From Tubiluchus corallicola (Eukaryota; Animalia; Priapulida): a stretch of DNA of 64,000 bases. The DNA lies in contig JAQGDQ010000062.1 of the NCBI GenBank assembly GCA_030141605.1, positions 248,001 through 312,000 of the forward strand, written 5' to 3'. Shown here one piece after another: positions 63,601 through 64,000 of the stretch. Each line of letters begins with the position of its first letter. The first letter of the stretch is position 1. Below the pieces are notes generated by a model. That model had not been told where the DNA came from, ran no database searches, and was given only the letters and a program-made list of their open reading frames with translations. A program made the translations under genes and the position numbers.

Positions 63601-64000
63601 AGTAATTATGGTTTTTAAAACAGTAGAATTCAATTAATTTTCGTTTATTTGTGCAACAGTTTTTAGAAATTAAAGATTCTTAATTAGTACTTTTGTTGTT
63701 TATTATATTATTCATAGTTTCCTAAACAGTACTATCTGTTAATTCATTTACATGCTTATTTTTAACAATTAGAGTGCCATTAAGCGTGCGTTGAACTCTT
63801 TATATGTCTCCCTTTAGTTGAGTTACTGTTTCTTACAATATCTGGTAACAGAGATTCTTACTGCTCATAGTAATCACACTATTGCTAGCTTGTCCATTAT
63901 CATATTTATACAAATCACTGTTGCAGAGCCTTGCTAACTCGTATGCTTGAAGTAACGGCTGATGCTTTTTTGGATTGGCTAGTATTTTCCGCCACGTTTT

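Overview
AT-rich, intron- and repeat-rich animal (invertebrate-like) genomic DNA; almost all ORFs in the supplied track are spurious. Splicing GT-AG exons by hand gives three plus-strand genes. (1) A 5'-incomplete PLOD/lysyl hydroxylase-glycosyltransferase gene (17 exons, 2882-22833). Its glycosyltransferase motifs are intact, but its complete, in-frame Fe/2-oxoglutarate domain has lost catalytic residues: HxD reads RSD, the 2-OG Arg reads Gln, and the capping loop is shortened. (2) A complete secreted short-chain collagen (445 aa) whose ~100 Gly-X-Y triplets lie in one 936-bp exon, rich in Lys and Ser/Thr at Y. (3) The 5' part of a probable paralogue with a similar signal peptide and the same upstream cis-module (RGGTCA-N12-RGGTCA plus TTTCCTGCTTT). 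The rest is mobile DNA: a BEL/Pao element with TSD, a solo LTR, a bipartite RTE, Penelope relics, MITEs/foldbacks, tRNA-derived elements and minisatellites. Best candidate for a new system: a hydroxylase-dead, glycosyltransferase-only PLOD linked to an apparently co-regulated tandem collagen cluster. All alignments were done by eye, and human LH3 residue numbers are recalled, not computed.
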